NCBI GenBank assembly: GCA_045656125.1
Contig: JAZOQN010000091.1
Location: 1 to 54,823, forward strand
Reading direction: 5' to 3'
Length of the DNA stretch: 54,823 nucleotides
Source of the DNA: Acutalibacteraceae bacterium
GTDB taxonomy: Bacteria; Bacillota; Clostridia; Oscillospirales; Acutalibacteraceae
Shown in pieces: positions 53,201 to 54,823 of this stretch. A program made the translations under genes and the position numbers. Each line of letters opens with the position of its first letter. The first letter of the stretch is position 1. Under the pieces are notes generated by a model. The model saw only the letters and a program-made list of their open reading frames with translations. It had not been told where the DNA came from and made no database searches.

Positions 53201-54742
53201 GCTGTTATGTATACAAAGCTCGGAAATGAATATAAATACTATCCGTTAGGTGAGGCATCATATTATCAGGTTGGCGGTATTACTCATGTCTTCAATTTTG
53301 ATGAGAAGAGCCTTGATGTCGGCACCATTGCTTCATTGGATTATAAGATTGTGTATAACGCCGAAGATTATACATCTTGGGTTTTAAAGAATCAAATTGA
53401 TAAACTGAAGCAAACCATGAATAATAAGGGCTTTGGAATTGAAGAACTTGATTTAAGAGCAGATACTACAATTGATGCCGGTGATTACGAAATTATTATC
53501 GGTAATACTAACCGTGGCACAGTCGGTGATGCTTCGGTGACGAAAAATACCAACAGATACGCTATCAGAATAGCTGGTTCAAAGATTTATGTGTTGGGTG
53601 GAAGCACCTATGCTTTGCAGTCTGCTGTATATGAACTTGAAACAATGATTTTGGCAGGCAAAATCACTGAAAAAGAAGGTTCTTATTTAGATACAGCCAT
53701 TATTAATGCCACTTCTGAGTATAAGTTGGTATGGCAGAGTGAATTTGACGACCCCAATACCATTACTTATGACAGCAATAATATGGCATCTATCAAAAAT
53801 TGGCGGGTCGACCCGATTACTGTTAATACCACAAATACAAGTTTATTAGCAGGAAGCCAAGCGTTCGCGGTTTCGGATAGTGAAACTGTTCGGTGGGATG
53901 AAAAGGGCTACTTGATTTTAAGAGCAACCAGAAAAGACAACAGTACAATTAAGTATGAAGACCGAGAAGATTGGTCCGGTAACGAAAATTTAAAATATAA
54001 GCATCAGGGCGGTATCCATTGTAGCACGATGGAGTTTAACTATGGTTACGTTGAAATGCGCGCTAAAATCCCTGATGGCAAGGGACTCTATTCTTCATTC
54101 TGGCTGAGTGGTTTATACAACGGTACAACTCCTGAGGTCGAAATCGATATTTTCGAAAGTGGCGGTAGACTCTCTGAATTTGTTCCAAATATCCACTGGT
54201 GGAATTTGGATACTGTTAGAAATCAATGTTCTGAGAAAAATAAGCCGTTCTTTACTGCTTTAAATGATGTTCGTGAAAAATTCATAAAAGAGGGTAGTGT
54301 TTCGTATAATACAGGAACTCCTACAAGCACTAACAATATTGATGCGGTAAACACTTGGGTAAGAAATTACGGCAATTATAATGTTTTTTATCCGAAGCCG
54401 TCAGACGATAAAAAAACCATGAAGTTTGAGTCTAAAGCATTATTTAATGAATGGCACACAGTAGGTCTTCTCTGGACCGATGAAGTGATGGAGTTTTACT
54501 GTGACGGAGTTCTTTATCACAGCCGTGATATTAAGGATTTCAAATATCCTGATGGAACTCACGCGTTTGATAATCAGTTTGAAAACATCATCGGCGGTTT
54601 CAACCTTGGTTGGAACGGCAGACAAGGTAACATTGACGAAAGCACGATGACATGGGACGAAGACGGATATTTGAATTACGTTATTGACTACTTCCGTTTG
54701 TATCAGATTGATAAAAACTGGAGACCGGCGTCCGGTTATTAA
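50252..54742 (+). CDS. Secreted 1496-aa multi-module protein with C-terminal GH16 catalytic domain
   Basis: TTG start after AAAAGGGG. Signal peptide MKKRLLSVALILSMLASLLMVGITGPVSA/AK. The GH16 motif E-I-D-I-F-E (EVEIDIFES) is at 54140-54157, and LVWQSEFDD opens the domain (about 53720). Upstream are four CBM-like beta-sandwich modules and two modules I could not assign. Confidence 0.85.
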   Translation: MKKRLLSVALILSMLASLLMVGITGPVSAAKDTYVTKEATYDRAIDLSKELTPSVNLTFDGEAKYGIPLGRYTKDVAYVNNYAKVKVSTGWIFFGKNGSVGQTTVKHDDTEKASTALSNVYKLTKDNTYSITFKYKFLAGATVTSRTFDVGIATDPTTGPAQKDNTVWTNNSTSGLGVVWKVNGETQTGTLTQDTDWQTVTVSFKAVVDGYFGMQCGGSVSSNQYFALDDVKIYDYDAYYNSKFQNKLTFDNGGFSMRRLYSVQMGFGTENGNNYGIIPGDNEGVVYFSSAEDGKTTENFYNNHSTETGRTSLTHTYKRMFKFEPGKSYEVTFKYRYAADQVVTVGTTKPSLRLMSDPGGQAHNADDLLGSTSWAKDVVYSGLVLENEPSTGKWQDVKITFTVKTWAEALAANCAKVRDSVDGGYEFDGAYFGIKGDGKALHIDDYEVKELVNYRLIALQTDNVYHDMEDYAVGAKPDALVMNNNGGATVVDSGDGHGKVLQMTGNRGTFTDSNVFERGRKYYISFDAKTTDNTSKYIWTIFADGASSTISQQKPRYILTDATATGGHGFVPEIFKFYVNGKQVDKSGFKLSGEWQRFGIVVDFTNEAANEQFLSHTDEATSNGAKEKNFFNKAKNFYFGIENSWYDNFRITAVNTMDDAVPTSDISYVSKEIYHDMETYGGFYESEAGKAHIVNSYDEKYGQVMEITAGGKRIGFTDSNIITAGKKYYISFDAKTTNNTNRFMWLMMCTTTTTNPPRFIVSDTSHNAPDKGATNLAIAENGNAFRYYINDEEVIRDNFKLSGDWRKYTLVIDTSDPDLLAKAASDSGDGQISGLFNAAKYFYFGTDNAWFDNFRMVEVSETAETISKEDAIYGTEVSCREESTTANGDYVSAGLRFKSKLPNGIVAEADEIGFVAAPSSLANETTDWYKLENGVNQVARTAIVKDDIRNYVYATDGDNTYYQLVFTGLSDEKGKTAYNRRFSAVMYTKLGNEYKYYPLGEASYYQVGGITHVFNFDEKSLDVGTIASLDYKIVYNAEDYTSWVLKNQIDKLKQTMNNKGFGIEELDLRADTTIDAGDYEIIIGNTNRGTVGDASVTKNTNRYAIRIAGSKIYVLGGSTYALQSAVYELETMILAGKITEKEGSYLDTAIINATSEYKLVWQSEFDDPNTITYDSNNMASIKNWRVDPITVNTTNTSLLAGSQAFAVSDSETVRWDEKGYLILRATRKDNSTIKYEDREDWSGNENLKYKHQGGIHCSTMEFNYGYVEMRAKIPDGKGLYSSFWLSGLYNGTTPEVEIDIFESGGRLSEFVPNIHWWNLDTVRNQCSEKNKPFFTALNDVREKFIKEGSVSYNTGTPTSTNNIDAVNTWVRNYGNYNVFYPKPSDDKKTMKFESKALFNEWHTVGLLWTDEVMEFYCDGVLYHSRDIKDFKYPDGTHAFDNQFENIIGGFNLGWNGRQGNIDESTMTWDEDGYLNYVIDYFRLYQIDKNWRPASGY
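51644..52830 (+). repeat. Diverged tandem duplication inside the GH16 gene (two modules of about 209 aa)
   Basis: The period is 627 nt. YHDMEDY...RKYYISFDAKTTDNT...FKLSGEWQRF...AKNFYFGIENSWYDNFRI starts at 51644. YHDMETY...KKYYISFDAKTTNNT...FKLSGDWRKY...AKYFYFGTDNAWFDNFRM starts at 52271. Confidence 0.85.
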
Positions 54743-54823
54743 TTAAAAAATCACAAAAACCTCCACAAGTGTTAACACTTGTGGAGGTTTTTGTGATTTT
54801 TTAATTAATAACCGGACGCCGGT
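54724..54823. repeat. Perfect 100-bp palindrome (50-bp arms) truncated by the window end; terminator hairpin at its core
   Basis: I checked it base by base. Position x pairs with 109547-x for every x from 54724 to 54823, centred on GTTAAC (54771-54776). The left arm includes the last 19 nt of the GH16 CDS. The core aaaaacctccacaagtgtt/aacacttgtggaggttttt is a plausible intrinsic terminator. Confidence 0.95.

Overview
The window is low-GC Firmicutes (Clostridia-like) chromosome covering the replication-origin neighbourhood. It looks like a whole contig: it starts inside gyrB and ends in a fold-back palindrome. On the minus strand the conserved block dnaA-dnaN-yaaA-recF-remB-gyrB occupies 1-5160. 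Clusters of a variant DnaA box flank dnaA, and a DnaA-trio-like TAG/TAA run sits next to an AT-rich stretch. To the right of dnaA there is no rpmH/rnpA/parAB cluster. Instead about 21 kb of genes all lie on the minus strand: ttcA, tcdA, a MATE transporter, rsmE, a fused ABC-FtsX protein, a transglutaminase-like lipoprotein, apbE, tRNA-His and tRNA-Gln, CE15-like and GH2 enzymes, trkHA and citrate synthase. Gene orientation switches only at about 26.1-26.3 kb. After that come mostly plus-strand housekeeping genes (SPFH, zapA, U32 peptidase, htpG, lepA, metY). These are followed by a capsule-type regulatory module: a CpsB-like phosphatase, an Ig-like membrane protein and two tandem fused Wzz/BY-kinase paralogues. 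The rest of the window holds a convergent YfhO gene, a flavodiiron protein plus an untracked rubredoxin, a GT2 and a 1496-aa secreted multi-module GH16 protein. I found no CRISPR array, transposase, integrase, prophage or recognisable defence system. The most unusual candidate is the BY-kinase pair. One copy keeps the catalytic motifs but has almost no C-terminal Tyr cluster. The other has degenerate Walker A'/B motifs and an exceptionally Tyr-rich tail. All functional calls come from reading the supplied translations and the DNA by eye; no searches were run.
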